DNA from: Candidatus Eiseniibacteriota bacterium
GTDB taxonomy: Bacteria > Eisenbacteria > RBG-16-71-46
NCBI GenBank assembly: GCA_031364505.1
Contig: JANLWK010000242.1
Location: 7,775-71,774 of the forward strand
DNA: 64,000 nucleotides
Reading direction: 5' to 3'
In this document: positions 49,066 through 58,248 of the stretch, piece after piece
Position numbering within the stretch: the first letter of the stretch is position 1
Layout: every line of letters starts with the position of its first letter
Made by a program: the position numbers and the translations under genes
Notes under the pieces: generated by a model
What the model saw: the letters and a program-made list of their open reading frames with translations, nothing else
What the model was told of the DNA's origin: nothing
The model's database searches: none

Positions 49066-49815
49066 ATGCGCACGCTGAGCCTCACGGTCGCGTATGATGG
49101 CACCCGGTTCCACGGCTGGCAGGTGCAGCCGGGAATCCGCACCGTTCAGGGCATCCTCGAGGAGGCGCTGAAGGACGTGATGAACGACGGCGAGATCCGG
49201 CTCGCGGGCGCGGGACGCACGGACACCGGGGTCCACGCGCGCGGGCAGGTCGCCTCCTTCACGACGTCGTCGACCCTGCCCGCCCGCGCCATCGCGCCGC
49301 TCGCCTCGCGCCGGCTGCCCGACGACGTGCGCGTGACGCACGCCCGGGACATGGACCCGGTGTTTCACGCCCGGCACTCCGCGACCGCCAGGCGCTACGC
49401 GTACCGGCTGTCGCGACGGCCGGATCTGCTGCTCGATCGCATCGCGTGGGCGGCGCCTCACGGCTTCGACGTGGCGCGACTCGACGACGCCACGCGCGGT
49501 CTCGAAGTCGAGGCGGATTTCTCGGCGTTCCAGACGCGTGGCAGCAGCGTCGTGCCGACGCGCTGCCGCGTGTCGCGGGCGCGCTGGAGCGCGCGCCGTG
49601 GCGGGGCGGTGCTCGACATCGTCGCCGACCACTTCCTGTATCACATGGTGCGCAACATCGCGGGCAGCGCGCTCGAGGTCGCACGCGCGCCCGACCCGCG
49701 CGGGGCCATGCTCGGCATCCTCGACTCGGGGCGGCGGCCGCATGGCAGCGCGACGGCGCCCGCGCGTGGCCTGTGCCTCGAGCGCGTCTACTACGAAGGA
49801 GAGCGGATTCCGTGA
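49066..49815 (+). CDS. truA: tRNA pseudouridine(38-40) synthase
   Basis: AYDGTRFHGWQ, catalytic Asp in GAGRTDTGVHARGQV. 249 aa. Confidence 0.9.
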   Translation: MRTLSLTVAYDGTRFHGWQVQPGIRTVQGILEEALKDVMNDGEIRLAGAGRTDTGVHARGQVASFTTSSTLPARAIAPLASRRLPDDVRVTHARDMDPVFHARHSATARRYAYRLSRRPDLLLDRIAWAAPHGFDVARLDDATRGLEVEADFSAFQTRGSSVVPTRCRVSRARWSARRGGAVLDIVADHFLYHMVRNIAGSALEVARAPDPRGAMLGILDSGRRPHGSATAPARGLCLERVYYEGERIP

Positions 49816-49820
49816 GCCGA

Positions 49821-50957
49821 ATGCCGGGGACATGGGCGCGCGTGGGCCTGCTGGCGCTCGTCGCGCTGGGGGCGCTGGGGCCGGGTGAGCGCCGCGCCGC
49901 GGGCGCCACGCCGGCGGCCGCGGACCTGCCGGCGTCGCGGCGCACGGCGATCGTGACGGCATCGCAGCGCGTGAGCCCGTCGGTCGTTTCGGTGAGCGTC
50001 GTGACGTCGCGGATCGTGCGGACCGACCCGTTCGGCGGGCTCATGCACGACGAGTTCTGGGATCGCTTCTACCCGCCGACGACGTACCGCGAGCGGATTC
50101 CGTCGCTGGGCTCGGGCGTGATCGTGGATGCGAAGGGGCTGGTGCTGACGAACGAGCACGTCGTGCGTGACGCCGAGCAGATCACCGTAACGCTCCAGGG
50201 GGGCCGCCAGCTTCCGGCGCGCGTGCTCGGTTCGACCGGCACGTACGATCTCGCCGTGCTGCGGTTGGACGCGACCGACCTGCCGGCGGCCCCGCTCGGC
50301 GACAGCGACGGGCTCGTCGTGGGCGAGTGGGCGATCGCGATCGGGAACCCGTTCGGCTTCCTGCTCAGCGACACGCAGCCGACCGTGACGGCGGGCGTGA
50401 TCAGCGCGACGCGGCGCGACATCAAGTCCGAGGCGACGTCGGGCGGCGTGTACAAGAACATGATCCAGACCGACGCGGCCATCAATCCCGGCAATAGCGG
50501 GGGCCCGCTGATCAATGGCGACGGCCAGGTCATCGGCATCAACACATTCATCTTCACGCAGGGCGGCGGCTCGCTGGGCATGGGCTTCGCGATCCCGATC
50601 AACCTGGCGCGCCGGCTCGTCGACGAGATCGTGAAGTACGGGCGCGTGCGGGCGGCATGGCCGGGCATGCAGGTCCAGCCGATCACGGAGTTCATCGCGC
50701 GGCGGATGGGTTTCAAGGACACGAACGGCCTGATCGTCACGCGCGTCGAGGCCGAGGGACCCGCCGGCCGGGCCGGTATCGTGGCGGGCGACCGGCTGCG
50801 CCGCGTGAACGGCGTCGAGGTGCGGTCGCTCGACGACGCGCAGCGCGCCATCTACGGCGCGGCGGTGGGCGACCGGCTGGCCGTCGAGGTCGAGCGCGGC
50901 GGCAAGGTGCGGACCATGTCGTTCACGCTCGCCGAAGCGCCGCGGAGCGCCCCGTGA
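49821..50957 (+). CDS. htrA: HtrA/DegP-family periplasmic serine endoprotease (trypsin-like domain + PDZ)
   Basis: Catalytic triad context TNEHVV, DLAVLRL, GNSGGPL. C-terminal PDZ. Signal peptide. Start ATG 49821 or GTG 49812 (GTGA overlap with truA). Confidence 0.88.
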   Translation: MPGTWARVGLLALVALGALGPGERRAAGATPAAADLPASRRTAIVTASQRVSPSVVSVSVVTSRIVRTDPFGGLMHDEFWDRFYPPTTYRERIPSLGSGVIVDAKGLVLTNEHVVRDAEQITVTLQGGRQLPARVLGSTGTYDLAVLRLDATDLPAAPLGDSDGLVVGEWAIAIGNPFGFLLSDTQPTVTAGVISATRRDIKSEATSGGVYKNMIQTDAAINPGNSGGPLINGDGQVIGINTFIFTQGGGSLGMGFAIPINLARRLVDEIVKYGRVRAAWPGMQVQPITEFIARRMGFKDTNGLIVTRVEAEGPAGRAGIVAGDRLRRVNGVEVRSLDDAQRAIYGAAVGDRLAVEVERGGKVRTMSFTLAEAPRSAP

Positions 50958-52255
50958 TCGCCCGCTACGCGCGCGCCGAGATGACGCGGGCGTGGAGTGA
51001 CGAGCGGCGGCTGGAGTGGTGGCTCGACGTCGAGCTCGCCGTGGTCGAGGCGCGCGAGGCTCCCGGCGAGGCGCCCGCCGGCGCCGCCGCGCGGATGCGG
51101 CAGCGCGTGCGGCTGGACGCCGCGCGCATGGACGCCATCGAGGCCGAGGTCCGCCACGACGTCATCGCGTTCCTGAGCATGGTCGCCGAGACGGCGGGCG
51201 AGGACGCGCGCCACGTGCACGCGGGGATGACGTCGTCGGACCTCGTCGACACCGCGCTCGCCTGCCAGCTCCGCGAGGCCGGCGCACTGCTGCTCGCGGC
51301 ACTCGCGCGCGTGGGCGCGGCGGCGCGCGCGCTCGCCGAGCGCCACCGGCACACGCCCCAGATGGGGCGCACGCACGGGATGCACGCCGAGCCGATCACC
51401 TTTGGGCTCAAGTGCCTGACCTGGAGCGAGGCGGTCGGCCGCGACCGCGCCCGGCTCGCGCGCGCGCTGGACGACGTCGCGGTCGGCAAGTTGTCGGGGG
51501 CGGTCGGCACGCTCGCCCACCTGGGCCCCGAGATCGAGGCCGCCGCACTCGCGAGCCTGGGGCTCCGCGCCGAACCGGTCGCGAGCCAGGTCGTCCATCG
51601 CGACCGCCACGCGGCGTTGCTCGCCATGCTCGCCGTCGCCGCGGGGACGCTGGACAAGGTGGCGCTCGAGATCCGTCACCTGCAGCGCAGCGAGGTGGCC
51701 GAGGCCGCCGAGCCGTTCGCGCGCGGGCAGAAGGGTTCCTCGGCGATGCCGCACAAGCGCAACCCGGTGCGCTGCGAGCGCGTGTGCGGCCTCGCGCGGC
51801 TCGTGCGCGGCTATGCCGCCGCGGGGTTCGAGAACCAGGCGCTGTGGCACGAGCGCGACATCAGCCATTCCTCGGTCGAGCGCGTGGCGCTGCCCGATGC
51901 GTTCCTCGTGCTCGACTTCATGGCGGGCGAGATGGCCGAGATCCTGGAGGACCTGCGCGTCGACGAGCGCCGCATGCGCGCCAATCTCGATTCGGGCGGC
52001 GGGCTCGTGCACTCGCAGCGCGTGCTGCTCGCGCTGACCGCGGCGGGCATGCCGCGCGACGAGGCGTACGCCATCGTCCAGCAGCACGCGATGGCCGCGC
52101 TGGACGGCGGCCCCGAATTCCGCGCCGGGCTGTCGTCCGACCCGCAGGTCACGCAGCGGCTCGCGGCCGGGGCGCTCGAGGCGTGTTTCGATCTCGAGCC
52201 GTCGCTGCGCCACGTCGACGCGCTGTTCGCGCGCGCGGAGTTCCCGGCACGGTGA
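50954..52255 (+). CDS. purB: adenylosuccinate lyase
   Basis: Fumarate-lyase signature GSSAMPHKRNP, MIARYARAEM start (GTG overlapping the htrA stop). 433 aa. Confidence 0.92.
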   Translation: MIARYARAEMTRAWSDERRLEWWLDVELAVVEAREAPGEAPAGAAARMRQRVRLDAARMDAIEAEVRHDVIAFLSMVAETAGEDARHVHAGMTSSDLVDTALACQLREAGALLLAALARVGAAARALAERHRHTPQMGRTHGMHAEPITFGLKCLTWSEAVGRDRARLARALDDVAVGKLSGAVGTLAHLGPEIEAAALASLGLRAEPVASQVVHRDRHAALLAMLAVAAGTLDKVALEIRHLQRSEVAEAAEPFARGQKGSSAMPHKRNPVRCERVCGLARLVRGYAAAGFENQALWHERDISHSSVERVALPDAFLVLDFMAGEMAEILEDLRVDERRMRANLDSGGGLVHSQRVLLALTAAGMPRDEAYAIVQQHAMAALDGGPEFRAGLSSDPQVTQRLAAGALEACFDLEPSLRHVDALFARAEFPAR

Positions 52256-54627
52256 GCCTCGGCGTCCGGGTTCCGCCCGCCTTTGCTCTCGAGGAGCTGG
52301 ACCGCCCCGAACGCGTCTCGGAGTCCCTGCGGGCGCGCGGCGTGCGTCTCGATGCGGACGAGGTCGTGCTGCTCGCCCGGCTGCTCGGGCGCGCGCCGGC
52401 GTGGGCCGAGGCCGTGCTGTTCGGCATCCTCTGGAGCGAGCACTGTTCGTACAAGTCGACGCGGCACCTGCTCCGCCGCCTGCCGACGCGGGCGCCCCAG
52501 GTCGTGCTCGGCCCCGGTGAGGACGCCGGCGTGGTGTCGCTTCCCGCGCCCTCGGCGGACCAGGTGCTCGTGCTCGCGCACGAGAGCCACAACCATCCGA
52601 GCCAGGTATTGCCGGTCGAAGGTGCCGCGACCGGTGTCGGCGGCATCGTGCGCGACGTCGCGTGCATGGGGGCCACCGTGGTCGGCGTGCTCGACTCGCT
52701 GCGCTTCGGCGATCCCGCTTCCGGCATTCACGTGCGCGACGTGATCCGCGGCGTGGTCGAGGGCGTGGCCGGCTACGGCAACCCGCTGGGCGTGCCGAAC
52801 CTGGGCGGCGACACGGTGTTCGATGCCGGCTACGACCGAAACGTGCTCGTCAACGTGATGGCCGTCGGACTGGCGCCCGCCGACGGCGTGCTGCGCAGCC
52901 GCGTGCCGGCGGGCGATGAGGCGTGGGTGTTCGTGCTCGTCGGCAAACCCACCGACTCGAGCGGATTCGGTGGCGCCGCCTTCGCCTCGGACGCGCTCAA
53001 GGGCGACGACGATCGCGGCGCGGTCCAGCTGCCCGATCCGTTCCTCAAGCGCGTGCTGTCGGTCGCGAACGAAGCGGCATTCGCCCGGCTGCGCGAGCGC
53101 GGCGTGAGGGCGGGGTTCAAGGACCTGGGGGCCGGCGGCGTCGCGTGCGCGACGAGCGAGCTCGCGGCGGCCGGCGGTCGCGGCGCCCGCATCCATCTCG
53201 ACCGCGCGCACCGCGTCGCGCGCCCGCTGGCCGCCGAGGTCCTGCTGTGCGCCGAGACGCAGGAGCGGTTCTGCTGGGTGGTGCCCGAGTCGTTCGCCGC
53301 CGAACTGTGCGACCTGTACCAGCGCGAGTTCGCGATCGGCTCGGTGTATCCGGGTGCCGCCGCGACGATTATCGGCGAGGTGACGGACGACGGCCGCTTC
53401 ACGGTGGACTGGAGCGGGGACGTGCTCGTGGACTGCGACGTCACCGCGATCACCGCCGGCCGCGAGGTGCGGCGCCCGTCGCGTGTCCGCGTGCCCGAGG
53501 CGCCGGGTGAACCCGACGGCACTGCACCCGCGGCCCCGCTCGCCGCGCGCGTCGAGTGGCTGCTCGAGCGGCTCGAGGTGTGCCCGCGCGAATACCTGAC
53601 GCGCCACTACGACGGCGAGGTGCAGGGCCGCGCGCGGCTGCGCGCCGGCGAGGCCGACGCGTCGGTGATCCGCGCCGGGGCTGTCGGGGCCGGGGGGGGC
53701 AGCGCCGTTTCGCTCGCGTTCGCCTCGGGTGGGCACCCGAGATGGTGCGCGGCGGACCCGCAAGCCGGCGCGCGGCACGCCGTCGCGGAGGCGGCGCGCA
53801 AGGTCGCCGCCGTGGGAGCAGTGCCGTGGGCACTCACCGACTGCCTGAACTACGGCGACGCGCTCGACCCGGCGGTGATGGGGGATCTCGAGGCGGGCAT
53901 CGATGGACTCGCCGCCGCGGCCGAGGCACTCGGCGGGCTCGCGGCAACCGGCGCCCCGCTGCCGTTCGTGAGCGGCAACGTGAGCCTCTACAACGTGAGC
54001 GACGGCGTGTCGATTCCGCCGTCGCCGATCGTGATGTGCGCGGGCGTGATCGATGCGGACGTCCCCCCCGTGCCGATGGCGCTCACGCGGGCGGGCGACG
54101 TGCTCGTCCGCGTCGGCGCGGCACCGGTGACGCTCACGGGTTCGGCGTTCCTGCGCGCGACGGCTGGCTCGGCGGCCTCGGGCGGCGCGCCGCCGCCGCT
54201 GGACCTCGAGCGGGAGGCCGCACTTCATGCCTTCGCCGTCGCGAGCGCGCGCGAGCGGCGCGCCGCGGCCGCGCACGCCGTCGGCGACGGGGGGACCCTG
54301 GTCGCGATCGTCGAGATGCTGCGGGCGGGGCCCGCGGAGCCGGGCCTCGGCGTCGACGTGCGCGTCCCCGGCGGGGAGCCGGTCGACATGACGCTGTTCT
54401 CGGAGTGCCCGGCGATCGTGTTCGCCGTGCCGGCCGATCGGGCGGGCGCGTTCGCGGAGGACGCGCGACTTCAGGGGCTCGACGCCGCCGCGTGGGGCGA
54501 GGTCACCGGCGGCGGGCGCTTCGTGGTCGCCGCCGGTGCGGAGACGGCGTCGTGGGACGCCGGCACCGTCCGGGCGATGGGAGGGCGGGTGCTCGAGCGC
54601 ATCTGGAACGAGGAGCTCGACTCGTGA
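52252..54627 (+). CDS. purL: phosphoribosylformylglycinamidine synthase subunit PurL
   Basis: N-terminal FGILWSEHCSYKS motif, tandem AIR-synthase-related domains. 791 aa. GTG overlaps the purB stop. The track ORF is a long in-frame upstream extension. Confidence 0.92.
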   Translation: MSLGVRVPPAFALEELDRPERVSESLRARGVRLDADEVVLLARLLGRAPAWAEAVLFGILWSEHCSYKSTRHLLRRLPTRAPQVVLGPGEDAGVVSLPAPSADQVLVLAHESHNHPSQVLPVEGAATGVGGIVRDVACMGATVVGVLDSLRFGDPASGIHVRDVIRGVVEGVAGYGNPLGVPNLGGDTVFDAGYDRNVLVNVMAVGLAPADGVLRSRVPAGDEAWVFVLVGKPTDSSGFGGAAFASDALKGDDDRGAVQLPDPFLKRVLSVANEAAFARLRERGVRAGFKDLGAGGVACATSELAAAGGRGARIHLDRAHRVARPLAAEVLLCAETQERFCWVVPESFAAELCDLYQREFAIGSVYPGAAATIIGEVTDDGRFTVDWSGDVLVDCDVTAITAGREVRRPSRVRVPEAPGEPDGTAPAAPLAARVEWLLERLEVCPREYLTRHYDGEVQGRARLRAGEADASVIRAGAVGAGGGSAVSLAFASGGHPRWCAADPQAGARHAVAEAARKVAAVGAVPWALTDCLNYGDALDPAVMGDLEAGIDGLAAAAEALGGLAATGAPLPFVSGNVSLYNVSDGVSIPPSPIVMCAGVIDADVPPVPMALTRAGDVLVRVGAAPVTLTGSAFLRATAGSAASGGAPPPLDLEREAALHAFAVASARERRAAAAHAVGDGGTLVAIVEMLRAGPAEPGLGVDVRVPGGEPVDMTLFSECPAIVFAVPADRAGAFAEDARLQGLDAAAWGEVTGGGRFVVAAGAETASWDAGTVRAMGGRVLERIWNEELDS

Positions 54628-55427
54628 GCGCCAGTGTGGCGGTGATCCAGCTGCCGGGCGTCAACTGCGAGCGCGAGACCGCGGCGGCGATCGAGGCGGC
54701 GGGACTCTCGGCCACCGTGTTCGCCGGCACGCGCGCGCCCGAGGACCTGCGCGGCTTCGACGCATTCGTGATTCCCGGCGGATTCTCGTACCAGGACCGC
54801 GTGCGCGCCGGGGCGCTGGCCGCCAAGCACCCGATCGTCGGGGTGCTGGCCGAGGAGGCGGACCGCGGCAAGCCGGTGCTCGGCATCTGCAACGGCGCCC
54901 AGGTGCTCGTCGAGGCCGGTCTCGTGCCGGGCGGGGCGGGCGTCGAGCTGGCATTGGCGCGAAACCGGATGCCGGCGCGCGACGGGTACTACACGCGCTG
55001 GATCCGCGTGCGCGTCGAGGAGACGCCGTGCGTATTCGCGCGCGGGCTCGAACCCGGACTCGTCATTCCGCTGCCGATGGCGCACGGTGAGGGCCGCTTC
55101 GTGGGTGCCACGGGGCGCATGGAGGCGCTCGAGGCCGCGGGACAGATCCCGTTCCGCTACGCCCGGTCCGACGGGCGCGTCGCGACCGAGTTCCCGGACG
55201 ATCCGAACGGCTCCGAGCGAGCCGCCGCCGGCGTCTGCAACGCGCGCGGTAACGTGCTCGCCCTGATGCCGCATCCCGAGCGCGCGATCGCGCGCGACGC
55301 CGTGGCCCGGTCGATCGCCGGCGCGTGGTCGGCCCCGGCGCCGTGCGATCTCGACGCGGGGGCCGGCGGGCCAGGGCCCGGGCTGCTGCTGTTCCGGGCG
55401 CTGCGCGAGCACCTCGAGGACGCATGA
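54624..55427 (+). CDS. purQ: phosphoribosylformylglycinamidine synthase glutamine amidotransferase subunit PurQ
   Basis: Class-I GATase: GICNGAQ catalytic Cys, HPE. GTG overlaps the purL stop. Confidence 0.9.
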   Translation: MSASVAVIQLPGVNCERETAAAIEAAGLSATVFAGTRAPEDLRGFDAFVIPGGFSYQDRVRAGALAAKHPIVGVLAEEADRGKPVLGICNGAQVLVEAGLVPGGAGVELALARNRMPARDGYYTRWIRVRVEETPCVFARGLEPGLVIPLPMAHGEGRFVGATGRMEALEAAGQIPFRYARSDGRVATEFPDDPNGSERAAAGVCNARGNVLALMPHPERAIARDAVARSIAGAWSAPAPCDLDAGAGGPGPGLLLFRALREHLEDA

Positions 55428-56008
55428 TCATGAACGAAACCCGAGCCGGTACGTGGCAGGCATGGATCGAGCCGATCGGTGACGATCCCGAGGCGCTGTC
55501 CGCGGCCGACATCGCCCGGACCCGCCTCGCGGCGGGTGCGCGCCTCGGCGATCTCCGGCGCGCGCGACTCATCGAAATCAGCGGGTCGGCGCGCGACCGC
55601 GGGGGTGTGGAGGCCCTCCTGCACGACTCGGCGTTGATCTACAACCCGCACAAGGAGCGCTGCCACGTGCGTCGCGACGCCGCCGAGCCGGTGCCGGGGG
55701 CGCCGCCGGACACGCGGCTCCTGCTCGTCACCGAGCGGGGCCGGACGCGGCGGCCGGCGATCGAGCGCTGGTGGTCGCGCGCGGCGCGCGAGCGCGTCAC
55801 CGCGCGCGAGGGGATGGTCTGGGCGCTCCGCTTCGAGGCGGGCGCCGACGCCGAATCGATGTCGCGCGAGCTGGGTACGCTGCGGGATCCGCGTCACGGG
55901 TTATTCTGCAATCCGTTCGCTCAGGCCATGGATGCGAGCGGGGCCCGGGCCCCGGTTCCGTGGATCGGCGACGAGGACGATAGGGCCGGACGGGGAGTCA
56001 CGCGATGA
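55424..56008 (+). CDS. PurS-like protein, apparently two tandem PurS-type ferredoxin-like domains (194 aa)
   Basis: First half aligns to PurS (…DP… LGDLRRARLIEISG … ALLHDSALIYNP vs B. subtilis …DPQG… VQDVRIGKYMELTI … KLLANTVIEDY). Second half weaker. ATGA overlaps on both sides (purQ/purF). Confidence 0.45.
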   Translation: MIMNETRAGTWQAWIEPIGDDPEALSAADIARTRLAAGARLGDLRRARLIEISGSARDRGGVEALLHDSALIYNPHKERCHVRRDAAEPVPGAPPDTRLLLVTERGRTRRPAIERWWSRAARERVTAREGMVWALRFEAGADAESMSRELGTLRDPRHGLFCNPFAQAMDASGARAPVPWIGDEDDRAGRGVTR

Positions 56009-57435
56009 ACGGATGGAGCGGGGACAAGGGCTGGCACGAGGAGTGCGGCGTGTTCGGCGCGGTGGGTGTGCCGCGGGCGGCCGTGATCGTGGGGCTCGGC
56101 CTCCACGCGCTGCAGCACCGCGGCCAGGAGGCCGCCGGCATCGTGTCGAGCGACGAGGCGACCGGGTTCCACGTCGAGCGCGGCCTCGGGCTCGTGTCCG
56201 ACGTGTTCGACGACTCGTCGTTCACGCGGCTGCCCGGCTCGCTCGCGATCGGGCACAACCGCTACTCGACCTCGGGCAGCGTGACGCTCGAGAACACGCA
56301 ACCCCTGCACGTCGTCTACCGCGGCGGCCACCTGGCGCTCGCCCACAACGGCAACCTCGTCAACGCGCGCGAGCTGCGACAGGAACTCGAGGCCAGCGGC
56401 TCGATCTTCCAGACCACGCTCGACACCGAGATCTTCCTGCACCTGATCGCGCGCTCGAAGGCCACGGATACCGCCGAGGCGCTGCTCGACGCGGCCCGCC
56501 GCGTGCGCGGCGCCTTCGCGCTCGTCGTGCTCACCGCCGACCACGTCCTCGCGCTCCGCGACGCGCACGGTGTGCGCCCGCTGTGCCTCGGACGTCTCGG
56601 CGACGGCTACGTCGTCGCGAGCGAGACCTGCGCGCTGGACCTCGTCGGCGCCCAGGTCCTGCGCGACGTCCAGCCCGGCGAGCTGGTGCGGATCGACGCG
56701 CGGGGCTTGAGCGCCCGGCAGGCGCTCGAGCCGGCGGACCCGCCGCAGTTCTGCGTGTTCGAGCACATCTATTTCTCGCGCCCCGACAGCCGCGTGTTCG
56801 GCGAGGGGGTCGACCGCGTGCGGCGGCGCATCGGACACAAGCTCGCCGAGGAGTGCCCCGCCGACGGCGACGTGGTGATCAGCGTGCCCGATTCGAGCAA
56901 CTCGATCGCCCTCGGCTACAGCGAGGCGTCGGGGATCCGGTTCGAGCTGGGACTCATCCGCAATCACTACGTCGGCCGCACGTTCATCGAGCCGATGCAG
57001 CGCGATCGCGACGAAGGCGTGCGGGTCAAGTTCAACCCGGTACGCGAGATCATGGAGGGACGCCGGATCGTCGTGGTCGACGACTCGATCGTCCGCGGCA
57101 CCACGAGCCGCAAGCTCGTCACGGCAATCCGGCGCGCGGGCGCGCGCGAGGTGCACTTTCGCGTCGGATCGCCCCCGGTGACGTTCCCGTGCTTCTACGG
57201 CATCGACACCCCCCGGCGAAGCGAGCTGATCGGAGCGCTAAAAACGACGGGGGAGATTGCCGATTACCTGGGGGTGGATACGCTCGGGTACCTGTCCCTG
57301 GAGGGATTGCTCGCCTGCGAGCAGGAGCCCCGTCAGTACTGCCACGCGTGTTTCAGCGGGCAATACCCGATTGCCGTCGATCCCGAGGCCGGCAAGCTCT
57401 CGATCGAAAACCTCCACACCTCGCGGACCGGATGA
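56005..57435 (+). CDS. purF: amidophosphoribosyltransferase
   Basis: N-terminal nucleophile CGVFG, PRTase motif VVDDSIVRGTT, Fe-S Cys cluster near the C-terminus (YCHACFSGQYP). Confidence 0.92.
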   Translation: MNGWSGDKGWHEECGVFGAVGVPRAAVIVGLGLHALQHRGQEAAGIVSSDEATGFHVERGLGLVSDVFDDSSFTRLPGSLAIGHNRYSTSGSVTLENTQPLHVVYRGGHLALAHNGNLVNARELRQELEASGSIFQTTLDTEIFLHLIARSKATDTAEALLDAARRVRGAFALVVLTADHVLALRDAHGVRPLCLGRLGDGYVVASETCALDLVGAQVLRDVQPGELVRIDARGLSARQALEPADPPQFCVFEHIYFSRPDSRVFGEGVDRVRRRIGHKLAEECPADGDVVISVPDSSNSIALGYSEASGIRFELGLIRNHYVGRTFIEPMQRDRDEGVRVKFNPVREIMEGRRIVVVDDSIVRGTTSRKLVTAIRRAGAREVHFRVGSPPVTFPCFYGIDTPRRSELIGALKTTGEIADYLGVDTLGYLSLEGLLACEQEPRQYCHACFSGQYPIAVDPEAGKLSIENLHTSRTG

Positions 57436-58208
57436 CGACGCCTCCCGCGGCCGCCCCGGGTACGACGTCCCGAACCGACGACACCGGGCCTCCGCCGGTG
57501 TTGCGGCGCGTGACCCTGGCGCTCGTCGCCGTCGTCGCGGTGTTCGTCCTCGCGAACGTCGCGCGTGTCCCGCACGAGCCGACGGCACCCGATGTGACCG
57601 CGCAGATGTCGCGGAGGGCCCAGCACGCGGCCCCCCTCGACACGCGCAAGTTCATCTGGCACCAGGTCGACCTCGATCGAGAGGCGAACCTGTCGACGTG
57701 GGTGTCGACGGTGCAGCTCGCCCTGATCGGAGCGCTGGCGATCGCGTTCGCCTGGCTGCGCGGGCGGCGCGGCTGGCTTTGGATCGGCCTCGGATTCCTC
57801 TATCTTTCCGCCGACGAACTCGCCCAGATTCACGAGTGGATCGGCGAGGTGATGTGGCACTCGCCGTTCCGGCTCGGATTCATTGCGCCACCCTATCCGT
57901 GGGTGCTCCTGTTCGGCCCGCCCTTCCTCGCCTTCGGCGTCTGGATGGCGCGGTTCGCCGCGCGGGAGCTCGCGGAGTGGCCCGATCTCCGGCGCCGGAT
58001 CGGGATCGGGCTCGTCCTGCTCTTCCTGGCCATCCCGCTCGAGATCGTGGGCGGCAAGCTCGAGGGCATGTCGGCCCGCCTGCTGCGGGTCGAGTCGACC
58101 ACCGAGGAGACGTGCGAGCTGCTGGGCGAGATCGTGCTGCTCGTCGCCATGCTGAACGCCGTTTCGCGATCCGTGATTCGCCGAGTTCCCGAGCGCCGCG
58201 ACCCCTGA
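57432..58208 (+). CDS. hypothetical polytopic membrane protein
   Basis: ATGA overlap with purF. Five to six hydrophobic helices, Trp-rich. 258 aa. No family recognised. Confidence 0.5.
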   Translation: MTTPPAAAPGTTSRTDDTGPPPVLRRVTLALVAVVAVFVLANVARVPHEPTAPDVTAQMSRRAQHAAPLDTRKFIWHQVDLDREANLSTWVSTVQLALIGALAIAFAWLRGRRGWLWIGLGFLYLSADELAQIHEWIGEVMWHSPFRLGFIAPPYPWVLLFGPPFLAFGVWMARFAARELAEWPDLRRRIGIGLVLLFLAIPLEIVGGKLEGMSARLLRVESTTEETCELLGEIVLLVAMLNAVSRSVIRRVPERRDP

Positions 58209-58248
58209 CGTCCGGCCCGAGGGACTTAGGCCCAAGCAAAGGCCCGAG

